From positions 68,918 through 132,917 of the forward strand of contig CAZPOV010000008.1 in assembly GCA_964588335.1 (NCBI GenBank): 64,000 bases of DNA. Reading direction: 5' to 3'. A program made the position numbers and the translations under genes. This document shows, one piece after another, positions 1-8,587 of the stretch (positions within the stretch are counted from its first letter, which is position 1; each line of letters starts with the position of its first letter). The notes below the pieces were generated by a model. The model saw nothing but the letters and a program-made list of their open reading frames with translations, made no database searches and had not been told where the DNA came from. The stretch comes from an uncultured Pseudobdellovibrionaceae bacterium (GTDB taxonomy: Bacteria; Bdellovibrionota; Bdellovibrionia; Bdellovibrionales; JAGQZY01).

Positions 1-58
1 CGAAGAAATGGAAGCTCTTTACAAAATCAGAAAGCAAATCGGAAACAGGACGCTATAA
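1..58 (+). CDS. 3' end of an upstream CDS (partial, function unknown)
   Basis: Frame 2 is open from the window edge (…EEMEALYKIRKQIGNRTL*). Its TAA at 56-58 overlaps the mtnA ATG (TAATG coupling). Confidence 0.3.
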   Translation, partial: EEMEALYKIRKQIGNRTL

Positions 59-1083
59 TGACCTTTGAATCTTTAAGTTTAAAAATACAAGACAATCAAC
101 TTTCAATTTTGGATCAACAGTTATTGCCGGACCAAGAGGTTTGGATCGCGGTCGAGTCCCCCGATCATATGGTCGAAATCATTAAAAATTTGAAAGTCCG
201 TGGCGCTCCCTTGATTGGTGTGGCGGCGGCCTTGTCCCTAGCCTTCTGGGCACAAGATGACGTGAACTCGCAAAACTATTTAGCGGAGGCTGAGAAACTG
301 CGAGCCTCGCGACCGACGGCCGTGAATTTGATGAATGCTTTAGATCGAATGATCGAAATAGCTAAAGTCTCAGACATGGACAAGACAGCCATTTTCGAAC
401 AAGCCATGCAAATCTGTCGAGAGGATGTGGACCTGTGCCAACAAATGGCCAACGTCGGTCAGCAATTGATTGAAGACGGCGATAGTATTCTCACCCATTG
501 CAATACCGGTGGATTGGCAACGGTTGGTGTTGGAACAGCTTTAGGGCTAATCACCGAGGCCCACCGCCGCGGTAAAAAAATCCATGTCTATGTGGATGAA
601 ACGCGTCCCCTTTTGCAGGGTGGGCGTTTGACGACTTGGGAACTGGAAAAAGCCGGTGTTCCCTACAGTCTTATTTGCGACAATATGAGTGGCAGTCTTA
701 TGGCCCAAGGCAAGGTCTCAAAAGTTTTCTTGGGAGCCGATCGGATCGCCATGAATGGTGACTTCGCAAATAAAATCGGAACCTACAATTTAGCTGTGCT
801 TTGCAACTATCACTCGGTGCCATTTTATACGGTTGCGCCTAAAACCACGATTGATCAAGATTGTAAAAATGGAGATGGCATTCCAGTGGAAATGCGTAAA
901 GATAGCGAAGTCCGTGGGGTTTTTGGAACCTTCGGAGATATTCGTTGGGCGCCAGCTTCGGCTCCCACCCATAACCCCGCCTTTGATGTTACCCCTGTGG
1001 AGCTGTTAACCGGCATGGTGGTTGATAATCAATTTTATAAAAAAGCCGACTTGCAAGCCGGCCGTTTAAAAGACTTGTTTTAA
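58..1083 (+). CDS. mtnA: Methylthioribose-1-phosphate isomerase (eIF-2B alpha/beta/delta family)
   Basis: 341-aa ORF with family motifs VRGAPLIGVAAA, HCNTGGLATVGVGTALG, VDETRPLLQGGRLT and GADRIAMNGDFANKIGTY. Confidence 0.85.
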   Translation: MTFESLSLKIQDNQLSILDQQLLPDQEVWIAVESPDHMVEIIKNLKVRGAPLIGVAAALSLAFWAQDDVNSQNYLAEAEKLRASRPTAVNLMNALDRMIEIAKVSDMDKTAIFEQAMQICREDVDLCQQMANVGQQLIEDGDSILTHCNTGGLATVGVGTALGLITEAHRRGKKIHVYVDETRPLLQGGRLTTWELEKAGVPYSLICDNMSGSLMAQGKVSKVFLGADRIAMNGDFANKIGTYNLAVLCNYHSVPFYTVAPKTTIDQDCKNGDGIPVEMRKDSEVRGVFGTFGDIRWAPASAPTHNPAFDVTPVELLTGMVVDNQFYKKADLQAGRLKDLF

Positions 1084-3929
1084 GCGTTGGTTTCGTACTC
1101 ATCCACGGGGATGCAGGAGCAAAATAAGTTTTTGTCTCCATACACGTGATCGATTCGGTTCACTGATGGCCAGAACTTTCCATCGCGCGACTCTTTTAAC
1201 GGATAGAACGCCACTTCTTTACTGTAAGAGTGGTTCCAATCGTCCATTAAGTTTTCGACCGTGTGGGGGGCTTGCACCAATGGATTGTCTTCTTTGGTCC
1301 ATGTTCCCGATTCCACCTTTTTCACTTCCTCGCGAATGGAAATCATAGCATCGCAGAAACGATCGATTTCTTCTAAGCTTTCGCTTTCTGTGGGTTCAAT
1401 CATCATGGTGTTGATCACAGGCCAAGACATGGTTGGAGCGTGAAAGCCGTAATCCATCAAGCGCTTTGCAATATCGTCGACTGTGATACCGGTGGCCTCT
1501 TTGATGGGGCGCAAATCAATAATGCACTCATGAGCCACTCGCCCTAAGCTACCTGTATAAAGAATAGGGTAGTGGTCCTTTAGCCGATTCGCGATGTAGT
1601 TGGCGTTTAGAATCGCCACCTCAGTGGCTTGTTTCAGGCCTTCGCCTCCCATCATCAGAATAAAAGCCCAGGGGATGGGGAGAATCAAAGCACTGCCCCA
1701 AGGAGCTGCACTGATATTTGCAGGTCCGGATTCGGGGCCCGCCAATTTATTCAGGTTATGGTTTGGCAAGAAAGGGCGGAGGTGTTCGGCCACGCCAATG
1801 GGTCCCACCCCGGGGCCACCACCACCGTGAGGAATACAGAATGTCTTGTGAAGATTCAAATGGCAGACGTCAGGACCAAATTGACCAGGCTGGCACAATC
1901 CGACCATGGCGTTCAGGTTGGCACCATCCATATAAACTTGCCCGCCGTGGTCATGAATAATTTCACAGATTTTTTTGACCTCGGCCTCAAACACGCCGTG
2001 CGTGGACGGGTAAGTGATCATTAAAGCCGATAGGGAGTTCTTATAGGATTTGGCTTTTTCAAGAAGATCAACAAGATCGATGTTACCTTGTTCATCGCAC
2101 TTCACAATAACAACCTTCATACCAGCCATTACCGCACTGGCGGGGTTGGTGCCATGAGCCGAGCTGGGGATTAGGCAGATATTGCGTTCCGTATTGCCAT
2201 TATGCTCGTGATATTTACGAATCGCCAAGAGACCGGCGTACTCACCTTGAGAACCGGCATTGGGTTGCAGTGAAACTTCTGCGAAGCCAGTGATCTCAGC
2301 CAAATAGGATTTCAGTTCTTTGATCATCTCTAAAGTCCCTTGGGCTTGATCCATGGGGCAGAAGGGGTGAAGGTTAGCGAACTCGGGCCATGTGATGGGC
2401 ATCAATTCAGTGGCTGCGTTTAATTTCATGGTACAAGAGCCCAGTGGAATCATGGCGTCAGCCAGAGTCAGGTCACGCTTTTCTAGTTTTTGGATATATC
2501 GCATCAACTCGGTTTCTGAATGAAAACGATTGAACACCGGATGGGTCATAAACGGTGATTCGCGAAGCTGCGAGTCTTTTAGAAATTGCGCCTCTTTCAT
2601 CAGTTTGGCTTTGGTTTCTTTAACTTCGGCAAAAATATTGGCGATGTGTTCGATATCATTATCGGTGGACGTTTCGTCCAAGGAAATTCCAATAAAGCCT
2701 TGCTCGTAGTAATTGAAGTTGAATTCAATTTTTTTACTGGCAAGGCGAATGGCTTGGACTTCATCCTCCGTGGCCTCAATAAAAAGAGTATCAAAAAACT
2801 CATGACTTAAGATTTTGTAGCCCACACTGTTCAGGGCTTGGGCCAGGCGACAAGTTTGTGAATGCACCTTTTCAGCAATCGCTTTAAGGCCTTGTGGTCC
2901 ATGATAGACTCCATACATTCCAGCCATCACCGCCAGTAAGACTTGCGCTGTGCAAATGTTGCTGGTCGCTTTTTCGCGACGAATATGCTGCTCCCGTGTT
3001 TGCAAAGCCAAGCGGTAGGCGGCACGGCCTTTAGAATCTTTTGAAACTCCAACAATTCGACCGGGAATCAATCGTTTGTGTTGATCTTTGGTGGCCAAAT
3101 AACCGGCGTGAGGTCCGCCGAATCCCATGGGCACGCCAAAGCGTTGGCTTGAGCCAACCACAATGTCGGCTCCCATCTCACCAGGGGGCTTTAAAAGACA
3201 AAGTGCCAGAAGGTCTGCTGAGACAATCGATAAGGCTTGGGAGTTGGCAATTTTCTGCTGATTGCTTTGCATGTCCTTCAGAGAGCCCAAGCCATTGGGG
3301 TACTGGCAGACAACGGCGCAGTAGTCGTCCAGGTTGCTAGGAAGCTCAGGGCCTTTTTCGACCTCAATAGCCAAAGGTTCACAGCGGGTGGCCAGGACAG
3401 CCAAGCTCTGCGAAAACATGGGTTCAAGAACAAAAATTTTGGTTTTCTTTCGCTTTTGGATTTGGAAAGCCATGGCCACGGCTTCGGCAATGGCGGTGCC
3501 CTCATCAAGTAAAGAGGCGTTGGCGATTTCCATACCGGTCAGGTCTTGAATCATGGTTTGAAAGTTGATCAGAGCTTCTAATCGGCCTTGCGAGATTTCG
3601 GGTTGATAGGGAGTGTAGGCTGTGTACCAACCCGGATTTTCTAAAATACAACGTTGGATCACGCTGGGGGTGTGGGTACCGTAATAGCCCATGCCTATGA
3701 AAGACTTAAAGACCTTATTTTGGGCGGCAAGGTCTTTGGCTTTTTTCAGTACTTCCGCTTCGCTGAGGGGGGCCGGTAAATTGAGGGGCCCTTTCTGGCG
3801 GATATTATCCGGAATGGTTTCGTAGATAAGATCGTCGAAGCTAGAAAGCTTCAATGTTTCTAGCATTTTAGACTGTTCGTCGGAATTGGGTCCAATATGG
3901 CGATGGGTAAAGCCTGGAACTGAGTTCAT
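1080..3929 (-). CDS. gcvP: Glycine dehydrogenase (decarboxylating), single-chain P-protein of the glycine cleavage system
   Basis: About 950 aa. N-terminal FTHRHIGP and PLP-region HLNLHKTFCIPHGGGGPG. ATG at 3929 with GGAGGA 7 nt upstream is preferred over the GTG at 3944 that opens the ORF. Confidence 0.95.
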   Translation of the reverse strand: MNSVPGFTHRHIGPNSDEQSKMLETLKLSSFDDLIYETIPDNIRQKGPLNLPAPLSEAEVLKKAKDLAAQNKVFKSFIGMGYYGTHTPSVIQRCILENPGWYTAYTPYQPEISQGRLEALINFQTMIQDLTGMEIANASLLDEGTAIAEAVAMAFQIQKRKKTKIFVLEPMFSQSLAVLATRCEPLAIEVEKGPELPSNLDDYCAVVCQYPNGLGSLKDMQSNQQKIANSQALSIVSADLLALCLLKPPGEMGADIVVGSSQRFGVPMGFGGPHAGYLATKDQHKRLIPGRIVGVSKDSKGRAAYRLALQTREQHIRREKATSNICTAQVLLAVMAGMYGVYHGPQGLKAIAEKVHSQTCRLAQALNSVGYKILSHEFFDTLFIEATEDEVQAIRLASKKIEFNFNYYEQGFIGISLDETSTDNDIEHIANIFAEVKETKAKLMKEAQFLKDSQLRESPFMTHPVFNRFHSETELMRYIQKLEKRDLTLADAMIPLGSCTMKLNAATELMPITWPEFANLHPFCPMDQAQGTLEMIKELKSYLAEITGFAEVSLQPNAGSQGEYAGLLAIRKYHEHNGNTERNICLIPSSAHGTNPASAVMAGMKVVIVKCDEQGNIDLVDLLEKAKSYKNSLSALMITYPSTHGVFEAEVKKICEIIHDHGGQVYMDGANLNAMVGLCQPGQFGPDVCHLNLHKTFCIPHGGGGPGVGPIGVAEHLRPFLPNHNLNKLAGPESGPANISAAPWGSALILPIPWAFILMMGGEGLKQATEVAILNANYIANRLKDHYPILYTGSLGRVAHECIIDLRPIKEATGITVDDIAKRLMDYGFHAPTMSWPVINTMMIEPTESESLEEIDRFCDAMISIREEVKKVESGTWTKEDNPLVQAPHTVENLMDDWNHSYSKEVAFYPLKESRDGKFWPSVNRIDHVYGDKNLFCSCIPVDEYETNA

Positions 3930-3976
3930 GCCTGAATCCTCCACTATTTAAAATAAGTGGAGGTTTTAGCACAGGC

Positions 3977-4483
3977 CTACTGCTTTGTCTTCTTTTTGCT
4001 GGTTTTGGTCTTCGATTTTGAGGACTTTTTCTTTGCAGCTGTGGTCTTTTTATTCGTCGTTTTTTTGGCTGCTTTTTTCTTGCTGGTTTTCTTTTTCTTT
4101 GTGGATTTTTTCTTATTGGTAGTGGTTTTGAGACCAAGGGCTTTCATTTGGCTTCGAATCAGTTTTTCAATGGACTTTTTTTGAGTTTGAGCCAGTTTTT
4201 GCAGGTCCTTGATATGAGCTTCGGCCTCATCGCGACGTTTTTTTAAGGCTTTAACCGCCGAGTTGAACTCCTTATCAAGCTCTTTTTGTTTGCCAGTGAT
4301 TTTGCGAGAAAACACGCGGTATTGCTTTTCCAATTGGTTCAAATGCTGTTGAGTCGGCTTTTGGATTTTTTTATAGGCTTCCAATTCCGTCAGTTCATTT
4401 TTAAGACGGTTTATTTCCGACTGTAAAAAGTCGGGCTGAAAAAGTTTATTCAATTCTTTTTTCAACTGATCGAAAGAAATCAT
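3977..4483 (-). CDS. Coiled-coil protein with histone H1-like lysine-rich C-terminal tail
   Basis: ATG at 4483 is preceded by GGAGGAGG, so the longer ORF start at 4522 is unlikely. The N-terminal ~120 aa have a heptad-like, K/E/Q-rich composition. The last ~50 aa are K/T/S/A low complexity (KKKSTKKKKTSKKKAAKK…). Confidence 0.7.
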   Translation of the reverse strand: MISFDQLKKELNKLFQPDFLQSEINRLKNELTELEAYKKIQKPTQQHLNQLEKQYRVFSRKITGKQKELDKEFNSAVKALKKRRDEAEAHIKDLQKLAQTQKKSIEKLIRSQMKALGLKTTTNKKKSTKKKKTSKKKAAKKTTNKKTTAAKKKSSKSKTKTSKKKTKQ

Positions 4484-4596
4484 AATGGGGCCTCCTCCAT
4501 TTTTCTGAGTCGGAGTGTACACTCTTTCTTTTAAACAATCTAGACTCTTCAGATAATCTTTTGCGATTCTTTTGGATTTGTTTTACTTCACTACTC

Positions 4597-5787
4597 ATGG
4601 ATCGAATGGAATTTATAAAACATTCATGGCTGGCCTATCCCAGTTCAGAAAAAATCCCGAAACGGGCAGTGTGTGGGCGTGTCCAAGCCATCGCATCGGA
4701 TTCCATAGAGTTACAGGGAACCGAAGCTCGACACACACTCTTCACGGCCGAAGTGACCCAAGGTCGCCACCCACTCTTGGGCGCGACTTGTGAGATTTCC
4801 CACTTGCAAGTGGGCGATTGGGTGGCTTGGTTGCCCGAATCCAAAGGACTTTTTCTATTGTCTCCTTGCCTGAGTGAAGCTCCCCCTCAGTCCTCGGTGG
4901 AGGCTGAGCAGTGGTCGATGTTTTTAACAAAAGTCGAACACTTTTTTGTTGGTCAGGGTTATCTTCATTTGCGAACGCCTTTTTTGGTGCCGTCTCCAGG
5001 TGTTGATCACCATATTGATTTTTTAAAAGTCGAAGCCAGTCGGACAAAAAGACGGTGGACACTGCCCACCAGTCCGGAAATTCATTTGAAAAAATTTTTA
5101 TGCCAAGGCTATCAAAAAATTTTTGAAATCAAGAACTGCTTTCGAGACGACCTTCCAGGGCCACAGCACAAGGTCGAATTCACCATGATTGAGTGGTACC
5201 AGAGTTTTGCCACCCTTGATGACATTATCGATGACCTCAGAAACCTGTTGTCGGAGTTGACCGACCGGTCCATGGATCTGCAAGTTAGAGATCTTGCTGA
5301 CGTTTTTGAGGAAAAAACCGGATGCGCCTTGAGTCCCAAGACCAGCCGGTCTGAACTCAGTGGTTGGGCGCAAGCTCTTGGAATTGAAACTTCAGTTGAT
5401 GATGACTGGAATGATCTCTTCTTCCGCCTTTTCATGGAAAAGGTGGAGCCTTATTTGGGGCAGGATAGACCAATTGTATTAAAAAAATTTCCGTCACAGC
5501 AGGCGTCCTTGGCTCAGATTGACGAACAAGGGTGGGCCCAGCGATTTGAACTTTACTGGCGCGGTGTCGAACTGGCTAATGCTTATTTAGAAGTCAATAG
5601 CCCAGAGGAGAATCGGGCGCGGTTCGCAAGTGAAGAGTCACTCCGTCAGCAGGCCGGGGGTGATTTGGCCCCTCTGGATCAAGACTACTTTCGATGTTTA
5701 GAGCTGGGAATGCCTCCGGCCAGTGGTATCGCCCTGGGTTTGGATCGCTTGTATTCTGTGTTAAATAATAGAGATCGTCTGTCCTGA
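4597..5787 (+). CDS. epmA: EF-P lysine ligase-like class II aminoacyl-tRNA-synthetase paralog (EpmA/GenX/PoxA-like) with an extra N-terminal domain
   Basis: Class II core motifs are present: GYLHLRTPFLV, TSPEIHLKKFL, FEIKNCFRDD, EFTMIEWY, FELYWRGVELANAY and GIALGLDRL. ATG at 4597 is preferred to TTG at 4561. About 100 aa precede the catalytic core. Confidence 0.7.
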   Translation: MDRMEFIKHSWLAYPSSEKIPKRAVCGRVQAIASDSIELQGTEARHTLFTAEVTQGRHPLLGATCEISHLQVGDWVAWLPESKGLFLLSPCLSEAPPQSSVEAEQWSMFLTKVEHFFVGQGYLHLRTPFLVPSPGVDHHIDFLKVEASRTKRRWTLPTSPEIHLKKFLCQGYQKIFEIKNCFRDDLPGPQHKVEFTMIEWYQSFATLDDIIDDLRNLLSELTDRSMDLQVRDLADVFEEKTGCALSPKTSRSELSGWAQALGIETSVDDDWNDLFFRLFMEKVEPYLGQDRPIVLKKFPSQQASLAQIDEQGWAQRFELYWRGVELANAYLEVNSPEENRARFASEESLRQQAGGDLAPLDQDYFRCLELGMPPASGIALGLDRLYSVLNNRDRLS

Positions 5788-5886
5788 TGATCTGGGGCGT
5801 TATTGGGTCAATGACTCGATAGGACTGAATTTAAAGGACCTTGCTTGCTCGCTGATTTTCTTGCATTTTTAAGGTTCGAATTTTGA

Positions 5887-7647
5887 ATGTTGGGGTACTC
5901 ATTGCAATTAGAAATGGAAAAAACCAGCCAGGTCGCACCGATGTCTGACATTTGCCGTCAATGGCAGCAAAGTGGTCAGATCGATATGGACTGGTATTTT
6001 GAGCTCGCCGAGAAATTTGGCAGCCAGAAAATCATTTTTAATTCAGTGCAAGTCGAATCGCCCCTTTTTAATCGTCTTAAAGAGAAAACCCAACAGCATC
6101 AATTGGCGCCGGTTTATGTGGTCACCGCTGAGCAGTTTCTTGAGATTGAAAAGTTGCAAGAGCATTTGAATGAAGGCGTGCATTACACCATCCTCATTTA
6201 TTCGCCACTGTCCACCGAGATGATCTGTCTGGTGGATAAAATGCAGGCTTATCTCTCGCAACTTAGTTTTGTGATTTTAGCAAGGAAGGACTGGAATGTT
6301 CGTAACTGCTATCGTTCGGTTCCGCATTTTATGCGATCGCGATTGTTCGTTGATTTTCCGGTGTCGATTCATGAGAGTGATCCTTTTTACGAGCCAGCTG
6401 AATTGACTTCAACCCGACAGAATTTTGAGAAAGATTTTCTCGACCAAGATATTCCTTCGTTCTGTCCGAACCTGGGCTTGTACAACGAGTGGGGTAAAAA
6501 AAACATCTCGCACTTTTCGAAGCCAAGAAAGCTTTTGAAAACAAAGCCGAAGGTTTCAGTCATTGCTTTGGATCCAGATAAATTAAAACCACTTTTGGAC
6601 AGCAAAGTTTTGCAGAAGTCTCCAGAAGACTTTGAAATTTTAATCACCCGGGTGGCGGGGCAGAAAACTAAAGTCATTCCTAAAATCAAAGCCGTTACTT
6701 CGACTCGGTATTGGGCGCATCCTGTGGATGCAGCGAAACCGGTTTCTGAGAAGGTACTGGCCAACTTCACCGCCAGTCAAGCCGACGGCGATATTCTTGT
6801 CTTCCTCGACTCGCAAGACGAAGACAATTTGGATGGGCTGTTTTCTGTCTTACTCGCCGGTGAGGTTAATTTTGGAAAGTTATTGATTCGAAAAAATCTC
6901 TTGGTTTTTTCAAAACAGGGCTTCTTTGCAGCCGGTGGTTTTGATGATTTACTGACCTCTTGGGAAGCCGATCGCATCCGATTGCAAAACACACTCTACT
7001 CCAGTTTATTAACTGAGGAGCAAACTAAGAATATTGGTGCCGTTCTAAAAAACGTAAAAAACTCCTGTGACCAATTGTTGCTCGCCCATCGCTTCGCCGA
7101 TCGCATCGAAGACTTTGGTTTTTTGGCAGGAGGAGCTCCTAAAACTCAAGAGTTGATGCAAAAAAAAATCTATGAAGAAGTTTTTGGATACCACAAAGAT
7201 GATTTGAAGCAGGCCCATAAAGTGATTTATCAATCTTCGGTGGGTGTGGCTGTTGAAGGGAGCCTTAAGCGATCGCTCGATTTTGTTCTGCGTTACATTC
7301 AGTTACACGCCTGGAGGTTAAGTCCTTTGCGGATCCGGCACCAGCTTCGGGTGAATTATTGGCAGTACAATATTTTTCATCACGCCTATCACTTTATTAA
7401 AATGCACGCCTGGAGAGTCAATCCTTTCTCCCATGCTTGGATCTGGTTTTTTAACCCCTGGAGCTACAAGATCACTTGGTGGCTTTGGTATTCGCCTCAA
7501 CGCCTGTATGGTTGGTGGGTTCGTGGTTACTGGCAGGCTTACCGTGTGGCTTTTCCGATTCGCAAAATTTACTACTTCCTGCATTTTCAATATGAAAAAA
7601 GAATTTTAGGACTCCATTCAAAACGTACAAAAATAAGAGAAAGTTAG
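5887..7647 (+). CDS. Hypothetical protein with a weak GT-A-like central segment and a Trp/aromatic-rich C-terminal repeat region
   Basis: 586-aa ORF, first gene of the operon. The central VSVIALDPD…ILVFLDSQDED is only weakly GT2-like. The C-terminal ~100 aa hold about a dozen Trp and a duplicated HAWR(L/V)xP motif. Confidence 0.55.
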   Translation: MLGYSLQLEMEKTSQVAPMSDICRQWQQSGQIDMDWYFELAEKFGSQKIIFNSVQVESPLFNRLKEKTQQHQLAPVYVVTAEQFLEIEKLQEHLNEGVHYTILIYSPLSTEMICLVDKMQAYLSQLSFVILARKDWNVRNCYRSVPHFMRSRLFVDFPVSIHESDPFYEPAELTSTRQNFEKDFLDQDIPSFCPNLGLYNEWGKKNISHFSKPRKLLKTKPKVSVIALDPDKLKPLLDSKVLQKSPEDFEILITRVAGQKTKVIPKIKAVTSTRYWAHPVDAAKPVSEKVLANFTASQADGDILVFLDSQDEDNLDGLFSVLLAGEVNFGKLLIRKNLLVFSKQGFFAAGGFDDLLTSWEADRIRLQNTLYSSLLTEEQTKNIGAVLKNVKNSCDQLLLAHRFADRIEDFGFLAGGAPKTQELMQKKIYEEVFGYHKDDLKQAHKVIYQSSVGVAVEGSLKRSLDFVLRYIQLHAWRLSPLRIRHQLRVNYWQYNIFHHAYHFIKMHAWRVNPFSHAWIWFFNPWSYKITWWLWYSPQRLYGWWVRGYWQAYRVAFPIRKIYYFLHFQYEKRILGLHSKRTKIRES

Positions 7648-7648
7648 A

Positions 7649-8587
7649 ATGAAGTTTTCGATTGTGATTCCAACCCACAGACGACATCAGAGTTTGATTC
7701 ATTTGCTTGAATCGATCAAAAAACAAACCTATGAGCCTTCTCTATTGGAAATCAATATTGTCACCAACCTTCCGGATCCCTTTTTTGAGTTTTCTCAGTT
7801 TCGAGAGGTTGCTGAAGGTTTGGATTGGAATGTTTATACTGTCAAAGCCTTAGGTGTGAATAAGGCTCGCAATCTCGGCATCAGGAAAGCCCAAGGTGAC
7901 CTCGTATTGCTCTTGGATGACGACTGTGAGCTGAAATCTTCAAACTACCTGTCCGAGCTTGAAGGTTGGCATCAGCGCCATCCGCGGGCGGTGGCCATCG
8001 GTGGATCGTATGCGGTCGATCACACGGCGACACCTCTGGACCGCGCCTATAATTGTGTGGCTAAGCAGTGGCAGGCTCTGGATCATTTTGGAGATTACCG
8101 ATCCAGTCGGTTGGTCGGCGGCAACGTTTGTTATAAGAAGGATTTGCTTTTGCGGTCCGGTGAGTTTTTTGATGAAGGTATTGCCTTTGGTGGTGCCGAG
8201 GCCGAGTTTCATTGGCGCTTGAATAAAAAGGGTTTCGAAACCCTTTTTATTGAGTCGCTTGAAGTTTTTCACAAGACTCAATTGCGGGTCGACGACTTGG
8301 TTCGTAAAGCTGTGTTGCAAGCGCAAGGACATTTGCGATATGAAATTGATGACGGCTTCTCCGATAAGGCCAGTCGCACTTATCAAAACAAACGACTGTT
8401 GCTGGCCCGTGAGTGCTCGCGCGATTTCGAAGAGTTCCATGAAATTGTGCATTGGATGAATTTGTTCGACTGGGCCTACAACTACACCTGTCTCCACCCG
8501 AGTGTGACGCCTAGAAAGGTGTACTCAAAATCGAAAAGATGGTCTGGTAAAAGTTCGATCAAGCCAACACTGGAGGCGAGACTTTGA
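7649..8587 (+). CDS. Glycosyltransferase family 2
   Basis: N-terminal FSIVIPTHRR…LLESIKKQTY and the DxD-type LLLDDDCEL. The start lies 1 nt after the upstream stop. Confidence 0.8.
   Translation: MKFSIVIPTHRRHQSLIHLLESIKKQTYEPSLLEINIVTNLPDPFFEFSQFREVAEGLDWNVYTVKALGVNKARNLGIRKAQGDLVLLLDDDCELKSSNYLSELEGWHQRHPRAVAIGGSYAVDHTATPLDRAYNCVAKQWQALDHFGDYRSSRLVGGNVCYKKDLLLRSGEFFDEGIAFGGAEAEFHWRLNKKGFETLFIESLEVFHKTQLRVDDLVRKAVLQAQGHLRYEIDDGFSDKASRTYQNKRLLLARECSRDFEEFHEIVHWMNLFDWAYNYTCLHPSVTPRKVYSKSKRWSGKSSIKPTLEARL

Noticed and set aside
1166-3549. Many 60-131-aa ORFs antisense to or out of frame within gcvP
   Set aside because: These are shadow ORFs inside a long gene with unambiguous glycine dehydrogenase motifs along its full length.
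3868-4184. K/R-rich (minus strand) and F/V-rich (plus strand) ORFs overlapping the lysine-rich tail region
   Set aside because: These are alternative-frame readings of the same AAG/AAA-rich low-complexity DNA. Only the 3977-4483 frame has an RBS-supported start and a structured N-terminal domain.
7940-8497. 185-aa antisense ORF inside the GT2 gene, with similar long antisense ORFs at 12997-13665, 18445-18948, 41967-42515 and 48091-48666
   Set aside because: Each is fully embedded opposite a gene with clear family motifs or a signal peptide. None has an RBS or a recognisable motif.
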